Made by a program: the position numbers and the translations under genes. From positions 224,001 to 288,000 of the forward strand of contig JBNKCR010000098.1 of the NCBI GenBank assembly GCA_050287845.1: a stretch of DNA of 64,000 bases, given 5' to 3'. Source of the DNA: Polyangia bacterium. Its GTDB lineage: Bacteria; Myxococcota_A; Polyangia; JAAYKL01. How positions within the stretch are numbered: position 1 is the stretch's first letter; every line of letters starts with the position of its first letter. This document shows positions 39,080-48,080 of the stretch, in pieces. A model generated the notes under the pieces. It saw only the letters and a list, made by a program, of their open reading frames with translations, was not told where the DNA came from and searched no databases.

Positions 39080-41667
39080 TTGCCGATGCCCTTCTTATTT
39101 ATTGCCGCGCACACGATTTGATTGAGGTGATACACAGTGGAGCGGTTTGCAAGTGTGGCGAGGAGCGGAACGCTATCCGGCGTGCTGAACGAATCTGAGA
39201 CCTGCTTTCGAATCCTGGAAACAGCCCAATTCAATTGGGCGGAATTGGCTCCTGAAATTTCCGGGCGATACCGGGTCAGCCACTGATGCATCACATCGAA
39301 ATTCAATGTCCAGAGGGAACGGCAGTGGGAGCAGCAGATGGTCTTCTGAACGGTATAGCTGCCCGGAAGTTGTTCCTCGAATATTTCCTGACATTTGGGA
39401 CAACGGATTTGGATGGTGTATACCACACAGACACCCGCTTCAAACAGTATGTCGTCGATGTTGTCGAACGGCAAAAGCGGATGTTTCATGAAATGAGGTT
39501 TTCCAGGAATTTGCTTTTCGTGTCCACTTGAATCAACGTCCATTGCCAACTGGGGTACCAACTGCTGGAACGTACTGTCGTCAGATAATGCCAATACGCC
39601 CTGCGGCCAGTGGTTTCGCGGCACCTGTGACATTGCGCTGTATCCATCGTTTTCGAGGACCGCTACATTCATCGGGTCTGCAATAATGGTTGAACGTTGG
39701 CTGTACGCGCCCTCGTCGTGATGTAAACGGCCCAGCGATGCAGCTTCAGCCTGCGTGGGAAAGGAAATGAGGCGTTCCAGGATGAATCGACTCTGAGTCA
39801 TCAGGGAATCTGCGCCCTGGTCATACAAAGACTCTGAATGATTGGGGGAGGAATGAAAAATTCCTTTCTGAGTCGCAATCTCAAGCCAACGTTGCTGATA
39901 CGCCAGGATTGCCTGCTGCACTTCGTTTTTGTGCTGTATTTCTTCACGGCAAATTCTGACCTCGTCCAATATCGGTTCAACGTTCTGGGCGGTATTCTCT
40001 GCGTATCCGATTGTCGTGCCTATTGGTGCACATACCGCCTGCTCAATCATTTCTGGAGATCGAATCAATGTTCTGGCAAATCGCTGATAGTTGTGTTGTT
40101 GACACACGTAGCTTGAAAATCGGATTCCTTTGAGGGCATGGGCTGCAGCGACCCCCGATGTGGCCAGATACAACCCATGACAGTCAAGTGGAATTTTTTC
40201 AATTTCGAATATCCGTTCAATATTGCGCTGAATCGTACAACCCCAACCGATATCTACGAAGGCTACCTTTTCGGTATTCAGCATGGGCAACATGTATCCG
40301 AGGAATTGCCTGCGGGCGATTTCACTCTTTTTCTGAACAGCATCACGGAGCTTTCCGCTTGTCAGAAAACGAATGATTGTGTGCAGAAGTTCCGGATTAT
40401 CAATGGACTTTTCAGTGAGATGCGTCGGAAAGCCGATTGTGGTGGCGCTCAGCCCAAAACTGTCGAGCACCTCGCCTACCGTCCTCGAGTAAATGCGTTC
40501 CGAGATAACGCGTCTGGTTGGCTCTCCGACAGATGCGAGATGCGTGGATTGCCTGGAAACGAAAAGTTCTGATATCTGCACGCCCACGTCCTGTGCCTGT
40601 GCGCTGCTTTTCAACATTTTTGCCAGCAGCCGTCCTTCCCGCATAAACGTGAATATCTTTCGAATGCCCATCCGCTGCGCCTGGCGGATGCACCAGTCTG
40701 CGTAGTTCGCGAGTACCGGCCCAAGTACCATATGCCCGGCGGCGGAATACTCATTTTCTTTATTGGTATGAACGCTTCTTACCAGCGAACGAATGGCGTT
40801 GGTTGCCAATGGCACATTCGACGATAGCCCCGAATTCAGATGGGCTTCGGCTGAAAAGATAACCCTCGCTGTGTCGTCTCCATACGCATAATGAAAAGCG
40901 TTGACGCCCGCTATGGTGGCGCCGGCAACATCGGAGGCGGCATTGTCACCAACGTGCAGATGGTGGTAGGGTTCAACCCCTGTCTGTTTCAACAGTTGCC
41001 TGAACAGTTCTCCCGAACTTTTGGTTTCTCTTCGCTCCGACGAAACGAGAACATCCGCAAACATTGCGTCATCCAGGCCATTGTGACGCGCAATCGAACG
41101 CAATTGCGAATTTCCCAGATACATGTCCGACAGAATATAAACGGCGTGTCCCTGGGCGTTCGCATAATGGACGAGGCTTTCTACAAAAGGATTGCGCACA
41201 CAGAATTCAATTTCTGTACTCAATTCCATTTCCATGGCTGCATCCACGGTCGTGACAATGTGATCGCTCATCTCCTGATAGATTTGAGCAAGGCAGACCT
41301 CTGTGGTTCCGTTTTCCCAGAACGAAACCTGTCTGGCTTTTTGTTCTGCTGCAATGCGGATTTCCCGAAACTCCTGAGGCGAAATTCCATATCGGAGTAA
41401 ACCGTTGTCTCGCAGCTTTTTCCCGAGCGCGGTGAAAACGTCCGTGGGGTGGTTGCATAGTCGAAACACCAGGGTATCGAAGAAATCGACTGAAAGGACG
41501 TTATCTTTATGCGTGTGAAGTGCATACCCCGGGGCCGCGAGCATCGGGTCCTGTTCCCATAACATCAGACTGTTCTTCGCATCTGGCGACCACTCCGGTA
41601 CGGATGTGCCGGATGCAGAAGCGTTTGAAGTCACGAGTTTCTTTCTCGATGTCTTTTTTCTGCTCAA
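39076..41667 (-). CDS. HAD-superfamily hydrolase of polysaccharide/glycosylation loci, with C-terminal Zn-ribbon
   Basis: SVDFFDTL, ILSDMYL, K.SG.LF, HVGDN..SD, FMREG, VSR, FVDIGWG.TIQ; CPKC...CSHC. Confidence 0.75.
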   Translation of the reverse strand: MSRKKTSRKKLVTSNASASGTSVPEWSPDAKNSLMLWEQDPMLAAPGYALHTHKDNVLSVDFFDTLVFRLCNHPTDVFTALGKKLRDNGLLRYGISPQEFREIRIAAEQKARQVSFWENGTTEVCLAQIYQEMSDHIVTTVDAAMEMELSTEIEFCVRNPFVESLVHYANAQGHAVYILSDMYLGNSQLRSIARHNGLDDAMFADVLVSSERRETKSSGELFRQLLKQTGVEPYHHLHVGDNAASDVAGATIAGVNAFHYAYGDDTARVIFSAEAHLNSGLSSNVPLATNAIRSLVRSVHTNKENEYSAAGHMVLGPVLANYADWCIRQAQRMGIRKIFTFMREGRLLAKMLKSSAQAQDVGVQISELFVSRQSTHLASVGEPTRRVISERIYSRTVGEVLDSFGLSATTIGFPTHLTEKSIDNPELLHTIIRFLTSGKLRDAVQKKSEIARRQFLGYMLPMLNTEKVAFVDIGWGCTIQRNIERIFEIEKIPLDCHGLYLATSGVAAAHALKGIRFSSYVCQQHNYQRFARTLIRSPEMIEQAVCAPIGTTIGYAENTAQNVEPILDEVRICREEIQHKNEVQQAILAYQQRWLEIATQKGIFHSSPNHSESLYDQGADSLMTQSRFILERLISFPTQAEAASLGRLHHDEGAYSQRSTIIADPMNVAVLENDGYSAMSQVPRNHWPQGVLALSDDSTFQQLVPQLAMDVDSSGHEKQIPGKPHFMKHPLLPFDNIDDILFEAGVCVVYTIQIRCPKCQEIFEEQLPGSYTVQKTICCSHCRSLWTLNFDVMHQWLTRYRPEISGANSAQLNWAVSRIRKQVSDSFSTPDSVPLLATLANRSTVYHLNQIVCAAINKKGIGK

Positions 41668-41822
41668 TTGGGTTCCACCTGATTTCTATATTGCCACGTA
41701 ATTCATTTATACGGTAACCGCCTGAAAAGGTTAAGGGGGACGGCAACTTGTCGGATGTGCAAATCGAGGTAAAGTTACCTGATGATTCGCGAGACGGACC
41801 TGTAAGGGAGCAGGGATGCACC

Positions 41823-43736
41823 ATGGATTTTCTAGAGCAGAACATCACCCGACTATGGATAGTTAAGGCATTGGCGGAACAGCTGCGGACCCACGAAATT
41901 GGCGAACCTGTGCAGGTACAGATGAAGGCCGGTGGAAACCTGAAAATGATGTACCGGAATGTGTCATTTTATGCGGAGGAGGCCCCGCTTGTTTCCGCGG
42001 CGAAAGATATTCAACGCCTTGTTGGAGAGCGCAAGCAGGATCTGGTGGTGTTTTTCGGAATCGGGTTGGGGATTCATGCAGAGTTCATTAAAAAGCGGTT
42101 TGATGCACCGCTGCTGATTTTTGAACCGAGTCTCGATATACTGAAAACCACACTTTCCCTGCGTCCAATCGAACTTGAAGATACAACCGTGGAATCCAAC
42201 TTCGGTCGCCTGTCAGAACTGGTAGATCGCAAGCTGGAGCATTCAGACCGAAAAATGATTATCGCTGCGCATCCCGGATACCAGGAACTGTTTTCGGATG
42301 AATTCGAGCGATTTGTATTTCTGGTGCGGCAGGCGCTGAACAATGTCATCATTCGGGATAACACCATGGCGCGGGGATTTTTGTGGTCTAGATTTCAGAT
42401 GACCAATCTACGGCGGACACTTTCGACCCCATCCATTCTGGGATTGAAAAAATTCTGTGCGGGAGTCCCCGGGATATTTGTCGGAGCTGGGCCGTCACTT
42501 ACCAGAAACATCAGTCAGCTTCGCGATGTGCAGGGGAAAGCATTGATTATTGCGGCTTCCACTGCGCTGCAGCCATTGGATAAAGCGGGAGTCCGGCCAG
42601 ATGTGGTGATGGTGATTGAGTCGAATGATCACCGGTATCAATATCAGGATGTGAGCTGTCTTGAAAATATCACGCTTGTTCCCACTGCGTTCGCACATCC
42701 CAGTAATTTCGAGGTGCCGGCTAAAAGAATTCTCTCTTTGCTTACGCATCCCACGGCAATTCATGACTGGATTATGAAGGCATATGGACCTACGGATGCG
42801 GCGATTACCGGTGGCAGCGTTTCGCTGGCAGCGTTTTCGGTACTGTTCGAAATTGGCTGTGACCCCATCATTGCGCTTGGAATGGACCTGGCATTCACAG
42901 ATGATGAAACCCATGTGAGCGGAGCGAAAAGTGCCGCTGCCGGCACCCGTTTCGATGCAGAGAAATCTCAGCTTGAATATTACGTGAAGGATGCAACCTC
43001 TGAATTTTTTACCAGTCGGGGGTTTAAATTGGAAAACGGGCATGTCTATCACACCCGACCTGCGTCCCGTTGCGTTGCGTGGGGAACCGGTGAACCGACC
43101 GTGTATACCGATCCGGTGTTCAATACATACCGGGCATGGCTGGAAGGGTCGGCCGATACCTGGGCATCTGAGAAAACGCTGATAAACGCCACGGAAGGCG
43201 GTGGCAGAATTCGCGGATTTGAAGAAATCCCATTTCGCACGGTGATTGAAAACTATATTCATGACGAGTATCCCATCGAACAGTGGATGGACGAACTGGA
43301 GAAAACCTTTGTCCCCCTGGACCTGTCACCGCTGAAGACGGTCATCCGGGAGGAACATATGCTGGTGCAGAAAGTGGGGCAATTGGCGGGAAAATGTCTT
43401 TCCACAGCACTGCAGACCATTGCGTTGATTGATGAAAACAGACTGGTCAGGGCCCAACGGGAACTCGGTCGCCTGTCAGCAATGGAAAAGGAAATCGGAA
43501 TGCTTTCGAGAGAATCGCGGATTTTGAATCAAATCAGCCATAAGGCCGCTGCGACGTTACGTCTGACTCGGCACGAGGACAAGTCAGACGACCCTTTGGT
43601 GCAGACGAAAAATTCACTGAACCGCAGCGTAAAACTTTTTGAGGAAATTCGCAGCGGGTGCCAGAAAGGGGCGTCTCTTTTTGAAATGGCGGCGGAAGAG
43701 CTGGCGGAACCCGGGGCGGACGAATCTTTCGAATGA
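41823..43736 (+). CDS. Motility-associated factor (Maf/DUF115) glycosyltransferase
   Basis: FFGIGLG.H, IFEP, VGAGPSL..N, G.RPD, GGSV...AF, GCDPII.LGMDLAF, LINATEGG.RI.G. Start likely ATG 41823. Confidence 0.85.
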   Translation: MDFLEQNITRLWIVKALAEQLRTHEIGEPVQVQMKAGGNLKMMYRNVSFYAEEAPLVSAAKDIQRLVGERKQDLVVFFGIGLGIHAEFIKKRFDAPLLIFEPSLDILKTTLSLRPIELEDTTVESNFGRLSELVDRKLEHSDRKMIIAAHPGYQELFSDEFERFVFLVRQALNNVIIRDNTMARGFLWSRFQMTNLRRTLSTPSILGLKKFCAGVPGIFVGAGPSLTRNISQLRDVQGKALIIAASTALQPLDKAGVRPDVVMVIESNDHRYQYQDVSCLENITLVPTAFAHPSNFEVPAKRILSLLTHPTAIHDWIMKAYGPTDAAITGGSVSLAAFSVLFEIGCDPIIALGMDLAFTDDETHVSGAKSAAAGTRFDAEKSQLEYYVKDATSEFFTSRGFKLENGHVYHTRPASRCVAWGTGEPTVYTDPVFNTYRAWLEGSADTWASEKTLINATEGGGRIRGFEEIPFRTVIENYIHDEYPIEQWMDELEKTFVPLDLSPLKTVIREEHMLVQKVGQLAGKCLSTALQTIALIDENRLVRAQRELGRLSAMEKEIGMLSRESRILNQISHKAAATLRLTRHEDKSDDPLVQTKNSLNRSVKLFEEIRSGCQKGASLFEMAAEELAEPGADESFE

Positions 43737-43789
43737 AAGAAAACCGCACTTTTTTTGATTCAACAGATAAAGATAAGTACAAATGAAAA

Positions 43790-44716
43790 GTGTGGTTACC
43801 AGTATACAAGTGGCACGGGACAATTCTTCTGTCGGCATTGCTGATGTTATTCTGCAAGCTGTTGAATGCGGCCCCCATTCCTTCTGACAGCAATACTGCC
43901 ATCTGGTTTGATGTCTCCAAATCAGCGCATCTTCTGGCGCTGCTTTTTTTTTCCGGTTTGTTTTTTTTATTTGTCTGGCGGGGAAAAAAGGGCAGAGCGC
44001 TCTATATTCGTCCCATTGATGCCATGGAAAAAATGACCGATGCCATTGGTCGGGCAGCGGAGATGGGTACGCCAATACTATATGCGCCGGGGTTAGGTTC
44101 GCTGACCGATCCGGTAACGGTGGCATCTTTGAATATCCTGTCGAAAGTATCGGAGAAGGGTGCCCGCCTTCACACTCGAACACTCGTTCCCAATTATGGT
44201 CCACTCACCTGGCCAGTGGCCCAGGAAGTTGTGCGTCAGGCATTTGTGCGGGCCGGGCGAAGCGGCGAATACAATCCGGATGACGTGCCGTATTTTACCA
44301 GTCGATCATTTACATATGCTGCAGCGACAGTGGGAATGATGCAGCGGGAAAAAAGTGCGAGCAATTTTTTTATCGGCCATTTTTATTCCGAGTCACTCAT
44401 TCTCACCGAAAACGGCGCCGCCTCCGGTGCACTGCAAATCGGCGGAACAGATTCCGTGGAACAGCTGCCATTTTTTATCACCACTTGCGACAAGGTAATG
44501 ATTGGTGAGGAGATTTTTGCAGCATCAGCGCTGGTGACGGATGATCCGGTCAGTCGTTCAGTGGTGAAGGCCAGTGACTGGTTCAAGGTAGCGATACTGA
44601 TCGTTTTTGCACTTGGTCTGGTCGCAGCGATTCTTCAGGCGGTGGCCGGTGATGAATTTCTGCGGGCCCATTCACTGGAATGGATTACTGCATTCACATC
44701 GGGAGAGTGGCTTTGA
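43790..44716 (+). CDS. DUF6754-like membrane protein
   Basis: LYIRPI.A......AIGRAAEMG.P..Y.PG, G.FYSESLIL.E......A.QI.GT....QLPFF...CD..MIGEE.FAA.A. Confidence 0.7.
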   Translation: MWLPVYKWHGTILLSALLMLFCKLLNAAPIPSDSNTAIWFDVSKSAHLLALLFFSGLFFLFVWRGKKGRALYIRPIDAMEKMTDAIGRAAEMGTPILYAPGLGSLTDPVTVASLNILSKVSEKGARLHTRTLVPNYGPLTWPVAQEVVRQAFVRAGRSGEYNPDDVPYFTSRSFTYAAATVGMMQREKSASNFFIGHFYSESLILTENGAASGALQIGGTDSVEQLPFFITTCDKVMIGEEIFAASALVTDDPVSRSVVKASDWFKVAILIVFALGLVAAILQAVAGDEFLRAHSLEWITAFTSGEWL

Positions 44717-45351
44717 AAAGTGATTTCAGCTACAGATTGCCCTATGTCATCATGGCGGTTCTGGGGATGTTCATGATTGTGCAGTATTACATACCCCATC
44801 CGTCGGTGCAGGCACCTCGTGCACTCATGCTCCAGTGGAAACAACCCCTCAATGGATTCATCATTCTGCTTGCCATCATTGGCATTGCCACAGCGCATAT
44901 TCGAAAAGTGTATTCCCGGGAGCGCAGATGGGGATATTCGCTGATTACACTCATGTCAATGGCTGCCATGATCTTCGTGGGGTTTGCATTTGGTGTTCAG
45001 GATGGCTCGGTATTTTCGGACTGGTTTAAATATCTGATTTCTCCCATCGAAGCCACGATGTTTTCGTTGCTTGCATTTTATGTGGCATCGGCCGCATTCC
45101 GGGCGTTCCGTGCCCGTTCGACGGCGGCGACCATTCTGCTGATTTCCGCAACACTCGTAATGCTGGCGTTGATTCCTGCCATTTCGCAGTACCTGCCGCT
45201 GATAGACGATGTGTCCGGATTTATTCTGAAGTATCCGAATACCGCCGCCAAACGGGCCATATTGATTGGGGTATCCCTGGGCGCCATTTCGGTTGCGCTG
45301 AAGACTATCCTGGGCATCGATCGGACCTTGCTGGAACGGGAAGGCAAATGA
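44713..45351 (+). CDS. Conserved polytopic membrane protein (about 6 TM)
   Basis: P..ATMFSLLAFY.ASAAFRAFRAR, PNTAAKRAI.IG..LG; TTG start overlaps the upstream TGA. Confidence 0.7.
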   Translation: MKSDFSYRLPYVIMAVLGMFMIVQYYIPHPSVQAPRALMLQWKQPLNGFIILLAIIGIATAHIRKVYSRERRWGYSLITLMSMAAMIFVGFAFGVQDGSVFSDWFKYLISPIEATMFSLLAFYVASAAFRAFRARSTAATILLISATLVMLALIPAISQYLPLIDDVSGFILKYPNTAAKRAILIGVSLGAISVALKTILGIDRTLLEREGK

Positions 45352-46205
45352 ACTGGATTGAAAATCTCGCAGTGAAAGTGGCTTCCCTTGACCGCCGGTA
45401 CGTCTTTATTGCCATTTTTTTCACCGTGGCGTTGCCATTTTTTTTGCCCATGCACTTTACGGCCACGCCCCGGGAGGAAACGATTCAATTCGATGCCGCA
45501 TTGACGACCGCACTGGCGTCATCAAAGCCGATTCTGGTGGATATAGACTTCGGGCCGCAGACAATGGCGGAGATGGAACCGATGTTGCTGGCCGTATTGC
45601 ATCGGATTTTTAAAAGTGGTCATCAAGTGATTTTCATCACGTTCATGACCGAAGCGGCGTCTCCCATCCGCAACTACCTTGCGCAGATGGCCAGTCATTA
45701 TCAGTTGAATTACGGTACGGATTATGTGTTTCTGGGCTACGCCTCCGCTTATGCGTATACCATGTATGGTCTGGGAAATTCCTTTGCCGACTATTTTCAT
45801 AGCGATGATCGGGGGACGCCCATCGAAGACCTGACGATAATGAAAAGCGTAAAAAGCCTCAGGGATGTCAGCGCGGTAGTGAATATCGCCTCCAATGCGT
45901 TTCCCCGGTTCTGGATTCAATATGGGGTAACACCTCATGGATTTGATTTCCTGGCGGGGACAACGGCGGTTGGCGCTGCGGAATATTATCCCTATCTGCA
46001 GACCGGTCAGTTGAAAGGTCTTCTGGCAGGTGGACGGGGAGCGGCGGAGTATGAAACATACCTGACAGCGGCTGGTGTATTGTTTGGTCCGGGGGATGCC
46101 ACCACGGGGCTGGGATCTCAGTCACTGGCCCTCATTACTATTCTCGGCTTCATTCTGCTGGGGAATGTGGCGACGTTTCTGGGAAGCAGGGAGCGAAACC
46201 GTTGA
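45348..46205 (+). CDS. Conserved membrane-anchored protein with extracytoplasmic alpha/beta domain
   Basis: DRRY.F N-terminal TM, DFGP....E..P, YG.DYV.LGY, YYPY...GQL.GL..G..GAAEYE, C-terminal TM; ATGA overlap. Confidence 0.7.
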   Translation: MNWIENLAVKVASLDRRYVFIAIFFTVALPFFLPMHFTATPREETIQFDAALTTALASSKPILVDIDFGPQTMAEMEPMLLAVLHRIFKSGHQVIFITFMTEAASPIRNYLAQMASHYQLNYGTDYVFLGYASAYAYTMYGLGNSFADYFHSDDRGTPIEDLTIMKSVKSLRDVSAVVNIASNAFPRFWIQYGVTPHGFDFLAGTTAVGAAEYYPYLQTGQLKGLLAGGRGAAEYETYLTAAGVLFGPGDATTGLGSQSLALITILGFILLGNVATFLGSRERNR

Positions 46206-46831
46206 GCACCGATCCTTACATCTGGATTGCCGCCATTCTGACCCTGGGCGTATTTTCATTTCTGTATCGGGACAACGCGTTTTTTGCCGTATGTGAACAT
46301 CTGGTGGTCGGACTAAGCGCCGGTTACATGTTTGTTATCTATTGGCAGAATGTGTTTTATCCCGAACTCATTCTGCCGCTCCGGGAAAGTGGCACCGGAC
46401 ATAACGCCCACCTCTGGGTGCCGGTGGGAATCTGTTTTCTCTGGTCGTGCAAATATCTTGAAAAAACCCGGGATATGTACCGGTTGGCCCTGGCGTTCTG
46501 GCTTTCCATCGACTTGGGACTATCCATTCCCACCCATATGGATGCCGGCGTGCTGGCGCAGATTGCCGGAACGGTTTCTGCGCCGCTCACCGGAACGCCG
46601 GTGGAGATAGCTGGAAATCTGGTGATCATGCTGGGAACCAGTGCAGCACTGTTCTATTTCTTTTTTTCAAAAGAGCAGACGGGGGTTTTCAAAGGGGTTT
46701 CCACTGTGGGCACCTGGGTTTTAATGGTGGGGTTTGGCGCATCATTCAGCTACGTTATTCTGTCGCGAATCTATCTGCTCATTGGTCGTCTGCTGTTTCT
46801 GTTCCGGGACTGGCTTGGCATCGTAAACTGA
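46202..46831 (+). CDS. Conserved polytopic membrane protein
   Basis: W.AA.LTL...SFLY.DN..F...EHL.VG.SAGY, YFFFS.E..G, LMV.FGASF...R..LLIGR..FL..DWLG; TTGA overlap. Confidence 0.7.
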   Translation: MSTDPYIWIAAILTLGVFSFLYRDNAFFAVCEHLVVGLSAGYMFVIYWQNVFYPELILPLRESGTGHNAHLWVPVGICFLWSCKYLEKTRDMYRLALAFWLSIDLGLSIPTHMDAGVLAQIAGTVSAPLTGTPVEIAGNLVIMLGTSAALFYFFFSKEQTGVFKGVSTVGTWVLMVGFGASFSYVILSRIYLLIGRLLFLFRDWLGIVN

Positions 46832-46964
46832 ATTCAACGACTGAATCGATGTTGTTCTGAAACGGAGATAAAGGTATATTTCAATTCTGAAAACGGATGA
46901 AATTCTGCATATTCTGCCTTGCGCGTTTCAATTCATCATATTTTGCAACGTTAGCGTTTACTGC

Positions 46965-47100
46965 GACAGATCGGATTCAACTGGCGGTGTTTTTCGGTTC
47001 CTATGCGACGGGGGAGGCGCGGCCATCCAGTGATGTGGATGTTGCGGTTTACGCGGACTCTCACCACTTTTCCGGGGACGCCACGTTCCAGCTCAACTGA
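46965..47100 (+). pseudogene. Fragment of an MNT-type (Pol-beta-like) nucleotidyltransferase
   Basis: IQLAVFFGSYATGEARPSSDVDVAV carries the GS-x10-DxD motif; truncated, with no HEPN partner. Confidence 0.65.
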
Positions 47101-47112
47101 TGCATTCCGGAT

Positions 47113-47144
47113 AAAAAAAATCCCCCTCTCTTACGAGAGGGGGA
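47113..47144 (-). terminator. Rho-independent terminator for the minus-strand receiver-gene transcript
   Basis: Perfect 10-bp stem TCCCCCTCTC/GAGAGGGGGA, 4-nt loop, T8 on the minus strand. Confidence 0.85.
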
Positions 47145-47356
47145 GAATCAAGAGTGGGTGAGCTTGTGAATCCGGTTCAGCAGGAGCAGGAGCACAGGTT
47201 GAGCATAAATCAGTGGAATATGAACTTCGACGTCAATAGGAACAAACGGTGGAACTGGAGCTGGAACGTGTGCATCAGATCGTGGTTGTCAGCTGGAATG
47301 TGTAGCTTGAGCAGGTGCATGAATTTCAGCGTGAGTAAAAAGCGCATGAGCAGGAA

Positions 47357-47824
47357 TTAGCAGGAGTATCTGACAGCAAGAACATCAAATGGAACCTGAG
47401 AAGGTGTACGAGATTGAGATCTTTCACTCTTGGACGAAAATGAATTTATTTTTTCTTTTACGAAACTGGCAATCTCCTTGAAATGGAAGGGTCTGGGAAT
47501 AAAACCAACTACACCGGTTTCTGCTTTGGCAAGTTGAACAGGAGATAGAAAATAGTCGGACATCAGCATGGTAGTAATCGATGGAAATTGAGTTCGAATC
47601 ATCCGTGCGAGCTGCAGGCCGTTAATGTCGGGGATCATGAGGTCGATGAGCACTACATGAAAAGTCGTTTCAGCAAGAGTTTCAAGCGCAGAATGTGCAT
47701 CAGTGGTACCGGATACCTGGAATCCTTCTGATTCCAGACCTGCAAGAAGAGAACCTAATTCGGTGGCGTTGTCGTTTACGATCAGTACTTTCGGTTTCGC
47801 CTGTCTGGACTTCGCTGTGATCAT
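47357..47824 (-). CDS. Single-domain response regulator (receiver)
   Basis: KVLIVNDN, DLMIPDINGLQL, MSD, FIPRP (Arg at the conserved Lys position). Start at ATG 47824 after GGAGGG. Confidence 0.8.
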   Translation of the reverse strand: MITAKSRQAKPKVLIVNDNATELGSLLAGLESEGFQVSGTTDAHSALETLAETTFHVVLIDLMIPDINGLQLARMIRTQFPSITTMLMSDYFLSPVQLAKAETGVVGFIPRPFHFKEIASFVKEKINSFSSKSERSQSRTPSQVPFDVLAVRYSC

Positions 47825-47873
47825 GTGTGATGCCCTCCATTTCAAGGCGTTTGCCATTTCGCCAATGGGTATG

Positions 47874-47889
47874 AGCAACCTTTGTGCCA
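47874..47889 (-). promoter_or_regulatory. sigma54 promoter of the receiver gene
   Basis: Minus strand TGGCACAAAGGTTGCT, near-perfect consensus; palindrome TTTCAAATTTGAAA at 47987-48000 upstream. Confidence 0.8.
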
Positions 47890-48080
47890 AACCTGTTTCA
47901 AAGGGGAGGAATGGCGGAAACACCAGTATTCGCAGGAAAACCAGATATCAAACGGTTCATTCTTTTTAACAATTGTACTCAGGGAGTTTCAAATTTGAAA
48001 AAGGTAACGCCTGATGTGAAATTACATTGTCCGAACATCATGGTTCCTGAGTGGGATTGCGGTTCTGGAAAGGAAATGGG

